64,000 bases of DNA from Solirubrobacteraceae bacterium (GTDB lineage Bacteria > Actinomycetota > Thermoleophilia > Solirubrobacterales > Solirubrobacteraceae), in assembly GCA_045805605.1 (NCBI GenBank), contig JBJMKX010000074.1, positions 33,642-97,641 of the forward strand, written 5' to 3'. Below the pieces are notes generated by a model, which saw only the letters and a program-made list of their open reading frames with translations, was not told where the DNA came from and searched no databases. This document shows, one piece after another, positions 44,181 to 53,792 of this stretch. Positions within the stretch are counted from its first letter, which is position 1, and every line of letters starts with the position of its first letter. A program made the position numbers and the translations under genes.

Positions 44181-44321
44181 GTGGCGTACCGGGGCGTGAG
44201 GTCACGTCCGCACCGGCGACCGACGGAACGAGGGCGAGCGCGAGCGCCGCGCCGAGGAGCGCGCGTCTCACGCTTGGCCTCCGCTCGCCGTCCGGGCTCG
44301 CCCGGCGGGAGGCCGCGTGAG

Positions 44322-44771
44322 TCATCCGGCTGCGACGGCTTCCGTGAGCCTCTCGCCGCCCAGGAACAGCTCCTGCGCGATGTTGTCGCGCGTCGCGCGC
44401 GAGTACGGGCAGCCCTTGTGGGCCGAGCGCACCAGCTTGCGCGCCGACTCGTCCTCCACGCCCGGCAGCTCGACGTGCAGCTCGACGTTCAATCCCATCC
44501 CGCCCGTTTCGTCGGGCCCGAGCCCGACCCGCGCCGTCACCGACGACCCGGAGATGTCGATCTCGCGGCGCGCCGCGAAGAACATCAGCGACGAGTGAAA
44601 GCAGGCGGCGTACCCGCAGGCGAAGAGCTGCTCGGGATTGGTCCCGTGACCCGGGCCGCCCAGCTCCTTGGGCGGATGGACGACGAGATCGAGCTCGCCG
44701 TCGGAGGATTTGACCTCGCCGTCGCGGCCGCCGTACGCGGTCGCCTCCGCGGTGTAGAGCGGTTCGGCCAT
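44322..44771 (-). CDS. ohr: organic hydroperoxide resistance protein (Ohr/OsmC family)
   Basis: Last 149 codons of ORF 44322..44960 from ATG 44771. TNPEQLFACGYAACF and HKGCPYSRATRDNI carry the two conserved Cys. Confidence 0.88.
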   Translation of the reverse strand: MAEPLYTAEATAYGGRDGEVKSSDGELDLVVHPPKELGGPGHGTNPEQLFACGYAACFHSSLMFFAARREIDISGSSVTARVGLGPDETGGMGLNVELHVELPGVEDESARKLVRSAHKGCPYSRATRDNIAQELFLGGERLTEAVAAG

Positions 44772-44773
44772 GG

Positions 44774-44944
44774 TCAGGAGTCCATCGCGTCGTAGGCCTG
44801 GCCGACCAACTCGGCGTAGCGGTCGTCGGTGGGGACGGCGTCGGGATGGACCGCCTCGTAGTGGCGGCGAAGCTCGCCACCGAGCTCGTCGTCGTTGGCC
44901 GCCGAAACGAGCTCTCCGCAGATGTGGCACTCGATCACGCGCAT
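44774..44944 (-). CDS. small CxxC/His protein (56 aa), hypothetical
   Basis: Last 56 codons of ORF 44774..45859. MRVIECHICGELVSAANDDELGGELRRHYEAVHPD. TGATG overlap with the opcA stop, and the gene ends 2 nt before the ohr start. Confidence 0.6.
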   Translation of the reverse strand: MRVIECHICGELVSAANDDELGGELRRHYEAVHPDAVPTDDRYAELVGQAYDAMDS

Positions 44945-46008
44945 CAGGGCAGCATTGCACGCGCGGCCTGGAGGGCCGGCTTGTAGGTCGGGTCGCGCAG
45001 CAGCGCTTGCCGCACGCCCTGGCCGAGGATGCCGCCCTCGCCTCGCGACGCCCCGAGCACCTTCCAGGTGCGCTCGGTTCCGTCCTTCTCGCGCCGCCGC
45101 TCGGTCAGGCCGCCGGGCGCGCGGTCGAGCGAAATCGACACGCCGTGCGCGGTCTCGACGGTGACGCCCGCCAGTCCGGGCACGTTCTGCTCGGGGTGCT
45201 GGTCGAGGCGGATGTGCACGTCCTGCTTGCGCGCGTGGGCGTGCCCGTGAAGCTTGCCGTCGCGGCCGATGAGCGGGCTGACGCGCCACCCGAGCCGCGA
45301 GGCCAGCCAGCCGATGTAGAGCAGCGCCGACGCGGTCGAGTCCGGGCGGTAGCGCACGGTGACCCCGCTGATCGCGGACAGAGCCGCACGCAGCGGCGGC
45401 GGGTCGAAGGTGGCCGCCACGCGCTCGCGCCACGGGGTCGAGCGCAGCCAGGCCAGGTCGACCACGTAGGCGCGCCGGGCCATCTCCTCCACGCGGGCGA
45501 GCGCCTCCTCCGGGTCCGGGTCGACCACCGAGTCGAGCAGGATGACGTCGGTCAGCCGCTTCATGAGCGCGTCGACCGCGTCGTCGTGGCCGTGCGGCGA
45601 CCACAGCACGGTCAAAAGCCCGGGCACCACGATCGGGTCGACCACCGTGTCGAGCACGGGCAGGTGCTGGGGGCCGACGTCGAGCTCGACCGCTTCGGTC
45701 ACCGGCAGGATCTGGCCCGGCGGCGCATCCCTGTCGGGCGCGGTCATCCGCGCCCAGGCGCTGATGTGGTCCCGGCCCTGCTCGACCACGCACATGATCG
45801 TGCGTGAGGCGCTGTAGCGGCCCACCCGCTCGAGGCGGTTGGCGATCTCGCCGCGCCACTCGCGATCGACGATCACGATGAGGTTGAGCACGCGCGCGGG
45901 CGCGTGGACGCCCTCGCTCTCCGCCGCCCGCTTGGTCAGCAGGCCACGGAGCGCCGCCTCGACATCGGCCGGCGTGCAGGCGGGCGAGCTCCAGACGTCG
46001 TCGGGCAT
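44944..46008 (-). CDS. opcA: glucose-6-phosphate dehydrogenase assembly protein OpcA
   Basis: Last 354 codons of ORF 44944..47820 from ATG 46008 (TGATG overlap with the zwf stop). VLNLIVIV, RTIMCV, DLAWLRSTPWRE are OpcA-like, and the gene sits in the canonical position after zwf. Confidence 0.82.
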   Translation of the reverse strand: MPDDVWSSPACTPADVEAALRGLLTKRAAESEGVHAPARVLNLIVIVDREWRGEIANRLERVGRYSASRTIMCVVEQGRDHISAWARMTAPDRDAPPGQILPVTEAVELDVGPQHLPVLDTVVDPIVVPGLLTVLWSPHGHDDAVDALMKRLTDVILLDSVVDPDPEEALARVEEMARRAYVVDLAWLRSTPWRERVAATFDPPPLRAALSAISGVTVRYRPDSTASALLYIGWLASRLGWRVSPLIGRDGKLHGHAHARKQDVHIRLDQHPEQNVPGLAGVTVETAHGVSISLDRAPGGLTERRREKDGTERTWKVLGASRGEGGILGQGVRQALLRDPTYKPALQAARAMLP

Positions 46009-47534
46009 CAGAGGTCGCGCCAGTGCTGGCCGGGCTCGAGCAGCTCGTCGGCCTCTTCGGGGCCGTCCGTGCCCGCCGGGTACTGGCCCGGCGCCTCGGA
46101 CGAGTTGTGCCACGCCTCCAGCACCGGGTCGTAGATCGACCACTGCGCCTCGACCTCGTCGTTGCGGGTGAACAGCGACGCGTCGCCGCGCATGGCGTCG
46201 AGGATCAACCGCTCGTAGGCCTCCGGCGACTGCGAGAGGAACGTCGTGCCGTAGTGGAACTCCATGTTGACCGGCCGGATGCGCATGAGGTTGCCGGGGA
46301 TCTTCGCCCCGAGCGACAGCGACACGCCCTCGTCGGGCTGGACGGTGAGGATGAGCTTGTTGGGCAGCACCCCGAGCGACCCCTTCTGCTGAAAGAGCAG
46401 GTGGGGCACGGGCTTGAGGGTGATCGCGATCTCGGTCACCTTGCGCGCCAGCCGCTTGCCGGTGCGGATGTAGAACGGCACGCCCGCCCAGCGCCAGTTG
46501 GAGACGTGCAGGCGCAGCGCCGCGTAGGTCTCGGTGTGCGAGTCGGGCGGTACGCCGTCCTCCTCGAGGTAGCCGGGCACGTTCTCGCCGCCGACGGTGC
46601 CGGCGGTGTACTGCCCGCGCACCGCCATTCTCGGTACCTCCTCGAGCGTCGGTGGCACGATCGCCCGCAGCACCTTGACCTTCTCGTCGCGGAGCGGGTT
46701 GGCACCCGTCGACGCGGGCACCTCCATGCACAGCAGCGCGAGCAGCTGGGACATGTGGTTCTGGATCAGGTCGCGCAGCGCCCCCGACTCGTCGTAGTAC
46801 CCCGCGCGCGAGCCGATGCCCAGATCCTCGGCCGCGGTGATCTCGACGTAGTCGATGTAGTTGCGGTTCCAGATCGGCTCGAAGAACGTGTTGGAGAACC
46901 GGAACGCCAACACGTTCTGGACCGTCTCCTTGCCGAGGTAGTGGTCGATGCGGAAGACCTGCGACTCGCGGAACTCGCGCAGGACGATCCGGTTGAGCTT
47001 CTTGGCCGACGCCAGGTCGGTGCCGAACGGCTTCTCGATGACGATCCGAACCTCGCCGCCCTCGATTTTGTCCATCTTGCGCTGGCCGAGCTGCTCGACG
47101 ATGACCGGGAAGAACTGCGGCGCCGTGGAGAGGTAGAAGACCCGGTTGAAGACGATCCCGGCGCGCTCGTCGAAGTCGACGGCGAGCTTCTCGAGCTGCT
47201 CGTAGGCCGGAGCGTCGTCGAATGCTCCGGGCACGTAGCGGACGTTCTCGAGCAGCCCATCGAGCACCTCGGGATTGGGCGTGGTCCGCGAGTGCTTCAC
47301 GATCGACTCGCGCGCCATCTGCTGGTACTCGTCGTGCGGCTGCTCGCGCCGCGCGAACGAGATCAGGTTGAAGCGCTCGGGCAGCTGACCCTCGTGCGCG
47401 AGGTTGTAGAGGGCCGGCAGCAGCTTGCGCTGGGCCAGGTCGCCGGTCCCTCCGAAGATGACGAGGGTCGTGGGATGGACCGGCAGCCGTTCGAGGCCTT
47501 CGATCAGGGGGTTCTCGTCGGTGATCGTCGCCAT
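46008..47534 (-). CDS. zwf: glucose-6-phosphate dehydrogenase
   Basis: LVIFGGTGDLAQRKLLPALYNL, RIDHYLGKE, EKPFG. Confidence 0.96.
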   Translation of the reverse strand: MATITDENPLIEGLERLPVHPTTLVIFGGTGDLAQRKLLPALYNLAHEGQLPERFNLISFARREQPHDEYQQMARESIVKHSRTTPNPEVLDGLLENVRYVPGAFDDAPAYEQLEKLAVDFDERAGIVFNRVFYLSTAPQFFPVIVEQLGQRKMDKIEGGEVRIVIEKPFGTDLASAKKLNRIVLREFRESQVFRIDHYLGKETVQNVLAFRFSNTFFEPIWNRNYIDYVEITAAEDLGIGSRAGYYDESGALRDLIQNHMSQLLALLCMEVPASTGANPLRDEKVKVLRAIVPPTLEEVPRMAVRGQYTAGTVGGENVPGYLEEDGVPPDSHTETYAALRLHVSNWRWAGVPFYIRTGKRLARKVTEIAITLKPVPHLLFQQKGSLGVLPNKLILTVQPDEGVSLSLGAKIPGNLMRIRPVNMEFHYGTTFLSQSPEAYERLILDAMRGDASLFTRNDEVEAQWSIYDPVLEAWHNSSEAPGQYPAGTDGPEEADELLEPGQHWRDL

Positions 47535-50267
47535 CTAGAGCAGCTCCTCGAGCTTTTGGGTGAGCGCGCGCAATGCCGCGACCGGATCGCCCTCGAGCCG
47601 CACGCGTTCGGCCGGCAGGCCGTGGTCGCGCAAGGTCTGCAGGTCGCCGGTGGCGGCCGCATTCTTCAGCGTGCCGAACGTGTACCCAGCCTCGGGGATC
47701 TCCACGTCCTCCCCGTCGGCTCCGACCAGCTGGAGGAAGACGCCGGTCTTCGGGCCGCCCTTGTGGTACTGGCCGGTCGAGTGCTGGAAGCGGGGCCCGT
47801 ACCCGAACGTGACCGCGCACCCGGTCTTGGCGCGCAACAGCTCGCGCAGCTCGGTGACGGCGGCGTCGAACTCGGGCGACTCGGGCACGTAGCCGAGCAC
47901 GGCGACGTAGTGCGGCGGCCCCTTGTCCGAGAGCAGCGCGCGCAGGGCGTCGTCGTCGGCCTCGGCCACGTCGGGGAGCTTGCGGTCGCGCGCATACGCT
48001 TCGAGCACCTTGTTCGTGTTGTCCTTGGCCTCTTGCACGTTGGGTTGGTCAAACGGGTTGATGTCGAGCACCCAGCCCGCCACCGCGATCGCGAACTCGG
48101 CGAAGAAGAAGACGCGACCGAGGTCGATCGGCCCGTGCACCGCCACGGTGAACGTCGGGTGGCCCGCGTCGGCCAGCGCCCTGACCTTGGCGTCGAGCGC
48201 CTCGTCGGCGTGCTCCGGCACGCGCAGGTACGTGAAGACGCGGTCGTCGCCGTAGACATCGGGCGACCCGAGCGGCTCGCCGGCAACCGGCAGGACCCCG
48301 CGCCCTTCCTTGCCGGTGGACTCGGCGATGAGCTGCTCGACCCACAGGCCGAACGAGTCGATCGGCGGCCCGACGACGAACGTCGCCTTGTCGCGCCCCT
48401 GGCGCGCGAGCTCGCCGATCGCGAGCCCAAGCCACAGGCCCGAGTTCGACGCCGTCGAGTCGTAGCTCGTGCAGTTGGCCTCGGCCACCTGCGCGCGGTG
48501 CAGCAGCGCGTCGACGGCGATGCCCATCAGCGCCGCGGGCACGAGCCCGAAGTACGACAGCACGCTGTAGCGCCCGCCGATGTCGGGGTCGTTCTCGAAC
48601 ACGCGGCGGAAGCCGTGCTCGCGGCCGAGGTTCGCGAGCGGCGAGCCGGGGTCGGTGATGGCGACGAAGTGCGCGCCGTCGTCCAGCTTGGAGCGGAAGT
48701 AGCGGTAGTGCGAGAGCGTCTCGATGGTCGAGCCGGACTTCGACGAGACGACGAACAGCGTCCGGTCCAGGTCGACCGAGCGCTCCACCGCGAGCACCTC
48801 GGCCGGGTCGGTGGAGTCGAGGACCTGCAGGCGTAGGGCGCCCTCGATCTCGCCAAACGACCGCCGCAGCACCTCCGGGCCGAGCGACGAGCCGCCCATG
48901 CCCAGCAGCACCGCGTCGGTGTAGCCGTCGGCCTTGACCTGGTCGACGAAGCCGAGCAGGTCGTCGAGGTGCTCGAGCATGGGCTCGGAGATCGTCAACC
49001 ACCCGAGCCGATTCTCGATCTCCGGTTTGTCGGGGCCGCCCCACAGGCGCGCGTCCTTGCGCCATACGCGCTGGGCCACGCCCTCCGCCACCGCCGCCTT
49101 GACCCGTTGCGCCAGCGCGCCCTCGACTTCGGAGGGCACGTGTGCCTGGACGGTCGGCGGCTGGCCGAGCACGGCGGCCTCGCGCTGCTCCTCGACCCCG
49201 GCGATCAGGTCGTTCATCGCCTTGACGAACTGCTCGATCCCGGCGTCGAGCAGCACACGGGTCACGTCGTCGAGGTCGATGCCCGCGTCGGCCAGCTTCT
49301 GCAGGTCCTCGCTCGGGTCCTGGTCGGCGGTGGCGCCGGTGATCTCCGCCTTGGAGGCGGCGGCGAGCAGGGTCGCCATCGGCATCGTGTTGACGGTGTC
49401 GGGAGCGACGAGCTCGTCGACGTACTTCGTCTCCGGGTAGGCGGGGTTCTTGACCCCGGTCGACGCCCACAGCGGGCGCTGGACCTTCGCGCCCGCGGCG
49501 GCGAGCTTCTCCCACCGCTCGCCCGCGAAGATGCCCTTGAAGGACCGGTAGGCAGCGCGCGCGTTGGCCAGCGCCGCGGTCCCGTGCAGCTCGGGGTGCG
49601 CGTCGCCGAGGCGCTTGTCCACCTCGGTGTCCACGCGCGAGACGAAGAAGGACGCCACCGAGTGGACGTCGAGCGACTTGCCCTCCTCGTGGCGGCGCTC
49701 GAGCCCCCGGATGTAGGCCTCGGCCACCCTCTCGTAGGCGGCGACCGCGAACAGCAGCGTCACGTTGACGTTGATGCCCTCGTAGATCGCCTGCTCGATC
49801 GCGGGCACGCCCTCGTCGGTGCCGGGGATCTTGATGAACAGGTTGGGCCGGTCGACGCGCGACCAGTACGAGCGCGCCGACTCGAGGGTCCCCTCGGTTT
49901 CGCGCGCGAGCTCGGGCTGGACCTCGAGCGACACGAAGCCGTCGGCGTGGCCGAGCTGCTCCCACGTCGGCCGCAGGACGTCGGTGGCCAGCTGGACGTC
50001 CTTGATCGCGATCGCGTCGTAGATCGCCTTCGCGTCCATGCCCTCCTTGGCCATCGCGACCAGGTCCTCGTCGTAGTCGCTCGAGCCGAGGATCGCCTTC
50101 TCGAAGATCGACGGGTTCGAGGTCACGCCGCGCAGCGAGTCCTCGTCGATGAGCCGCTGCAGCTCGCCGCTGGAGATCAGCTTGCGGCGGATCTGGTCCA
50201 GCCAGGGCGCGGTACCCGCGGCCGCCAGGGCGGCGAGGCGCGGGTTGACCTGGGTCTCGACGCTCAT
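47535..50267 (-). CDS. tal-pgi: bifunctional transaldolase / glucose-6-phosphate isomerase
   Basis: 910 aa. The N-half is actinobacterial-type transaldolase (WLDQIRR, GVTSNPSIFEKA, FIKIPGT). The C-half is Pgi (LGMGGSSLGPEVL, VVSSKSGSTIETL). Confidence 0.92.
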   Translation of the reverse strand: MSVETQVNPRLAALAAAGTAPWLDQIRRKLISSGELQRLIDEDSLRGVTSNPSIFEKAILGSSDYDEDLVAMAKEGMDAKAIYDAIAIKDVQLATDVLRPTWEQLGHADGFVSLEVQPELARETEGTLESARSYWSRVDRPNLFIKIPGTDEGVPAIEQAIYEGINVNVTLLFAVAAYERVAEAYIRGLERRHEEGKSLDVHSVASFFVSRVDTEVDKRLGDAHPELHGTAALANARAAYRSFKGIFAGERWEKLAAAGAKVQRPLWASTGVKNPAYPETKYVDELVAPDTVNTMPMATLLAAASKAEITGATADQDPSEDLQKLADAGIDLDDVTRVLLDAGIEQFVKAMNDLIAGVEEQREAAVLGQPPTVQAHVPSEVEGALAQRVKAAVAEGVAQRVWRKDARLWGGPDKPEIENRLGWLTISEPMLEHLDDLLGFVDQVKADGYTDAVLLGMGGSSLGPEVLRRSFGEIEGALRLQVLDSTDPAEVLAVERSVDLDRTLFVVSSKSGSTIETLSHYRYFRSKLDDGAHFVAITDPGSPLANLGREHGFRRVFENDPDIGGRYSVLSYFGLVPAALMGIAVDALLHRAQVAEANCTSYDSTASNSGLWLGLAIGELARQGRDKATFVVGPPIDSFGLWVEQLIAESTGKEGRGVLPVAGEPLGSPDVYGDDRVFTYLRVPEHADEALDAKVRALADAGHPTFTVAVHGPIDLGRVFFFAEFAIAVAGWVLDINPFDQPNVQEAKDNTNKVLEAYARDRKLPDVAEADDDALRALLSDKGPPHYVAVLGYVPESPEFDAAVTELRELLRAKTGCAVTFGYGPRFQHSTGQYHKGGPKTGVFLQLVGADGEDVEIPEAGYTFGTLKNAAATGDLQTLRDHGLPAERVRLEGDPVAALRALTQKLEELL

Positions 50268-52307
50268 TCAGGCGCTCCTTGTCTTGTCGACCACGGCTCG
50301 GGCCCGGTCGGCGACCTCCGTGGGCGTGAACCCGAAGTGCTCGTAGAGCTCGCCGGCCGGGGCCGATGCGCCGAAGCCGGTCATCCCGATCGCCTCGCCG
50401 TCCTCACCGACCCAGCGGTCCCAGCCGAAGGTCGCGGCCGCCTCCACCGAGACCCGCCCCCGCACCTGCGGGGGCAGCACCCGGTCGCGGTACGTGCGGT
50501 CCTGCGCGGCGAAGCGGTCCAGGCACGGCATCGATACCACCCGGGTGGCGATGCCGTCCGCCTCGATGAGGTCGGCGGCGCGGTTGCAAATGTGCACCTC
50601 GGAGCCGCTGGCCATGAGGATGAGATCGGGCGGATCGGGCTCCTTGAAGCTGTCGCGCAGCACGTAGGCGCCGCGCTCGATGGCGTCGTCGGGCACGCCG
50701 GCCGGGTTCCACACCGGCAGGCCCTGGCGCGACAGGGCAAGCGCGGTCGGCGTCTCGCGCTGCTCGATGGCGAACTTCCACGCCAGCGCGACCTCGTTGG
50801 CACCGGCCGGGCGCACCATGTTGAGGTTGGGCAGCGCCCGCAGGTGCGCGAGCTGCTCGATCGGCTGGTGGGTCGGGCCGTCCTCGCCCACCCCGATCGA
50901 GTCGTGGGTGAAGACGAAGATCGAGCCCACCCCCATGATCGCCGCGAGGCGGATCGACCCCTTCATGTAGTCCGAGAAGGTGAAGAAGGTCGAGCCGTAG
51001 GTCCGCAGGTAGTGGAGGTTCATCGCATTGACGATCGCCCCCATGCCGTGCTCGCGGATGCCGAAGTGGAGGTTGCGCCCGCCGTAGGCACCGGGCTGGT
51101 CGACGTTGCCGGCGTCGTCGATGTGCGTGAGCGTGGACGGGGACAGGTCGGCCGAGCCGCCCACGAGCTCGGGCACCTGGGCCGCCGCCCACTGCAGCAC
51201 CGTGTGGCCGGCCTTGCGCGTCGCGATCATCCCCGCGTCGGCGTGAAAGCGGGGCGGCTCGGCGCCGGCGAACCCGTCCGGCAGGCGTCCCTCGAAGAGC
51301 CGCTGCAGCTCCGCGGCCTCGTCGGGGAAGGCGTCGCGGTAGGCCGCGAAGCGCTCCTCCCACTCCGTCTGCTGCTCCTTGCCGCGATCGATGCAGGCGC
51401 GGAAGTGCCCGAGCGCCTCGTCGGGGACGTAGAACGGCTCGAGCGACGGGTAGCCGTAGGCCTCCTTGGTCTTGCGGATCTCCTCGTCGCCGAGCGGGGA
51501 GCCGTGCGCCGACGCGGTGTCCTGCTTGGTCGGCGCGCCCGGCGCGATGTGCGTGCGCAGCACGATCAGGCTGGGTCGGTCCTCCACCTCCTGGGCCACC
51601 CGGACCGCTTCGTCGATCCGGTCGAGCTCGATCTCCTCGCCGAGGTTCTGGACGTGCCAGCCGTAGGCCTCGTAGCGCCCGGCACGGTCCTCGGTGAAGG
51701 CGATCTTGGTGTCGCCCTCGATCGTGATGTGGTTGTCGTCGTAGAAGCCGATCAGCCGACCGAGCCCGAGGTGGCCGGCGATCGACGACGCCTCGCCCGA
51801 CACGCCCTCCTCGAGGTCGCCGTCCGAGCAGATGAAGTAGGTGTGGTGGTCGACGACGTCGTGGCCGTCGCGGTTGAAGCGGGCGGCGAGCATGCGCTCG
51901 GCCAGCGCGAAGCCGACGGCGTTGGAGATCCCCTGCCCGAGCGGCCCGGTGGTGACCTCGACGCCGGCGGTGTGCCGGTACTCGGGATGGCCGGGGGTCA
52001 GCGAACCGAGCTGGCGGAACTGCTGAAGGTCGGAGAGCTCAAGCCCGTAGCCCGTGAGATACAGGACCGAGTACAGCAGCATCGATGCGTGGCCGCAGCT
52101 GAGTACGAAGCGGTCGCGGTCCGGCCAGTTGGGGTCGGCCGGGCTGTGCTTCATCACGCGCGTGTAGAGGAGATAGGCCACCGGCGCGAGCGCCATCGGC
52201 GTGCCGGGATGACCCGAGTTGGCCTTCTGGACCCCGTCCATCGAGAGCACGCGGATGGCGTCGACGCACAGCTTGTCGAGCGCCGTCGTCGGCGATGCTG
52301 TCGTCAT
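50268..52307 (-). CDS. tkt: transketolase
   Basis: ORF 50268..52499 trimmed to ATG 52307 (codon 65). [51 protein letters not shown]. Confidence 0.95.
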   Translation of the reverse strand: MTTASPTTALDKLCVDAIRVLSMDGVQKANSGHPGTPMALAPVAYLLYTRVMKHSPADPNWPDRDRFVLSCGHASMLLYSVLYLTGYGLELSDLQQFRQLGSLTPGHPEYRHTAGVEVTTGPLGQGISNAVGFALAERMLAARFNRDGHDVVDHHTYFICSDGDLEEGVSGEASSIAGHLGLGRLIGFYDDNHITIEGDTKIAFTEDRAGRYEAYGWHVQNLGEEIELDRIDEAVRVAQEVEDRPSLIVLRTHIAPGAPTKQDTASAHGSPLGDEEIRKTKEAYGYPSLEPFYVPDEALGHFRACIDRGKEQQTEWEERFAAYRDAFPDEAAELQRLFEGRLPDGFAGAEPPRFHADAGMIATRKAGHTVLQWAAAQVPELVGGSADLSPSTLTHIDDAGNVDQPGAYGGRNLHFGIREHGMGAIVNAMNLHYLRTYGSTFFTFSDYMKGSIRLAAIMGVGSIFVFTHDSIGVGEDGPTHQPIEQLAHLRALPNLNMVRPAGANEVALAWKFAIEQRETPTALALSRQGLPVWNPAGVPDDAIERGAYVLRDSFKEPDPPDLILMASGSEVHICNRAADLIEADGIATRVVSMPCLDRFAAQDRTYRDRVLPPQVRGRVSVEAAATFGWDRWVGEDGEAIGMTGFGASAPAGELYEHFGFTPTEVADRARAVVDKTRSA

Positions 52308-52341
52308 GGGCCGGACGATATACGCAGTGCCAATCCGTGGC

Positions 52342-53781
52342 ATGATGCCGCCCGCCGTGGCCCTCGAGTCCGTCCAGATTGGCGCGCTTCCCTCCGAGCG
52401 GTTCGAGGAGGTGCTGGCGCCCCAGCAGTGGAAGCGGTTCTCGGAGGCGGCCGAGCGCGCCCGCGACATCTTCGCCGGACGCGTCATCTGGAACGTCAAC
52501 TCGACGTCGCGCGGCGGCGGGGTGGCGGAGATGCTCGTCTCGCTGTTGGCCTACGCGCGCGGGGTCGGGGTCAACACGCGCTGGGAGGTGATCTCCGGCA
52601 ACCCGGAGTTCTTCACGCTGACCAAGCGGATCCACAACAACCTCCACGGCGCCCCCGGCGACGGCGGCGACCTCGCCGAGCTCGAGCGCGACATCTACGC
52701 CGCGGCCCTCGAGCCGAACATCCGCGAGTTCACCAGCATGGTGTCGACGCGCGACGTCGTCATCGTCCACGACCCGCAGCCGGCGGGCCTGGTCGGGCCG
52801 CTGAAGGAGATGGGCGTGCCGGTGATCTGGCGCTGCCACGTCGGGCTCGACCAGCCCAACGAGCTCACCCGCAAGGCGTGGAACTTCCTGCGCCCGTACG
52901 TCGCCCCGGCCGACGCCCTCGTCTTCAGCAGGCGCGCCTTCGTGTGGGAGGACCTGCCCGACGAGAAGATCCACCTGATCGCGCCGTCGATCGATGCATT
53001 CTCGCCCAAGAACCAGGAGCTGCCGTCCGAGAACGTCAAGGCGATCATCGCGGCCGCCGGGATCTACCAGGACGGCCGCGACATCGCCGACGCCGAGTTC
53101 ACGCGCGAGGACGGCAGCCCGGCCCGCGTTGCGCGCAGCGCGAACCTGTGGCAGGGCACGGAGCTGTCCGAGACCGACCGCTACGTGCTCCAGGTCTCGC
53201 GCTGGGACCGGCTCAAGGACCCCCACGGGGTCATCGAGGGGTTCGTCAAGCACATCGCGCCCGAGACCGATGCCCATCTGGTCTACGCGGGACCCGCCGT
53301 CGAGGCCGTCGCCGACGACCCCGAGGGCGCCGAGGTGCTCGCCGAGGCCGAGGACTACTTCTACCGGCTCGACCCCGAGATCCAGCAGCGCATCCACCTC
53401 GCCGCCCTCCCGATGGACGACCTGGAGGAGAACGCGGCGATCGTCAACGCCCTCCAGCGCGACGCCGCCGTCGTCATCCAGAAGAGCCTGGCCGAGGGCT
53501 TCGGCCTGACCGTCGCCGAGGGGATGTGGAAGGCGCGGCCGGTGGTGGCCTCGCGCATCGGCGGCATCCAGGACCAGATCGTCGACGGGCAGAGCGGACT
53601 GCTCGTCGACGATCCCAAGGACCTGGCCGAGTACGGCGCCAAGGTCACGAGCCTGCTCAACGACGGCAGCCGGGCGGAGACCATCGGCCGCCACGCCATG
53701 GAGCGGGTGCGTGCGGACTTCCTCGGCGTGCGCTCGCTGCTGCAGTACCTCGAGCTGATCCAGCCGCTGCTGCGCGACTAG
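52342..53781 (+). CDS. treT: trehalose glycosyltransferring synthase-like GT4 glycosyltransferase
   Basis: ORF 52219..53781 trimmed to ATG 52342; earlier starts would overlap tkt. [67 protein letters not shown] and [13 protein letters not shown] closely follow archaeal/bacterial TreT. Confidence 0.8.
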   Translation: MMPPAVALESVQIGALPSERFEEVLAPQQWKRFSEAAERARDIFAGRVIWNVNSTSRGGGVAEMLVSLLAYARGVGVNTRWEVISGNPEFFTLTKRIHNNLHGAPGDGGDLAELERDIYAAALEPNIREFTSMVSTRDVVIVHDPQPAGLVGPLKEMGVPVIWRCHVGLDQPNELTRKAWNFLRPYVAPADALVFSRRAFVWEDLPDEKIHLIAPSIDAFSPKNQELPSENVKAIIAAAGIYQDGRDIADAEFTREDGSPARVARSANLWQGTELSETDRYVLQVSRWDRLKDPHGVIEGFVKHIAPETDAHLVYAGPAVEAVADDPEGAEVLAEAEDYFYRLDPEIQQRIHLAALPMDDLEENAAIVNALQRDAAVVIQKSLAEGFGLTVAEGMWKARPVVASRIGGIQDQIVDGQSGLLVDDPKDLAEYGAKVTSLLNDGSRAETIGRHAMERVRADFLGVRSLLQYLELIQPLLRD

Positions 53782-53792
53782 GGGCGCGCCCC

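Noticed and set aside
43564-44880. 438-aa minus-strand ORF over the hydrolase and ohr region
   Set aside because: Mostly shadow sequence. I consider only the segment from about 44205 to 44325 coding; it encodes the signal peptide of the frameshifted hydrolase.
44774-44944. Small gene after opcA as a possible 6-phosphogluconolactonase (pgl)
   Set aside because: At 56 aa it is far too short and shows no Pgl/DevB similarity. I therefore regard pgl as absent from this operon.
46009-47820. 5-prime two-thirds of ORF 44944..47820
   Set aside because: Only the last 354 codons (opcA) look like protein. The upstream part overlaps zwf out of frame and is R-rich.
52219-52341. N-terminal extension of the treT ORF
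   Set aside because: It would overlap the tkt start region head-on. The TreT-like similarity begins only after about residue 60 of the ORF, so I trimmed the gene to ATG 52342.
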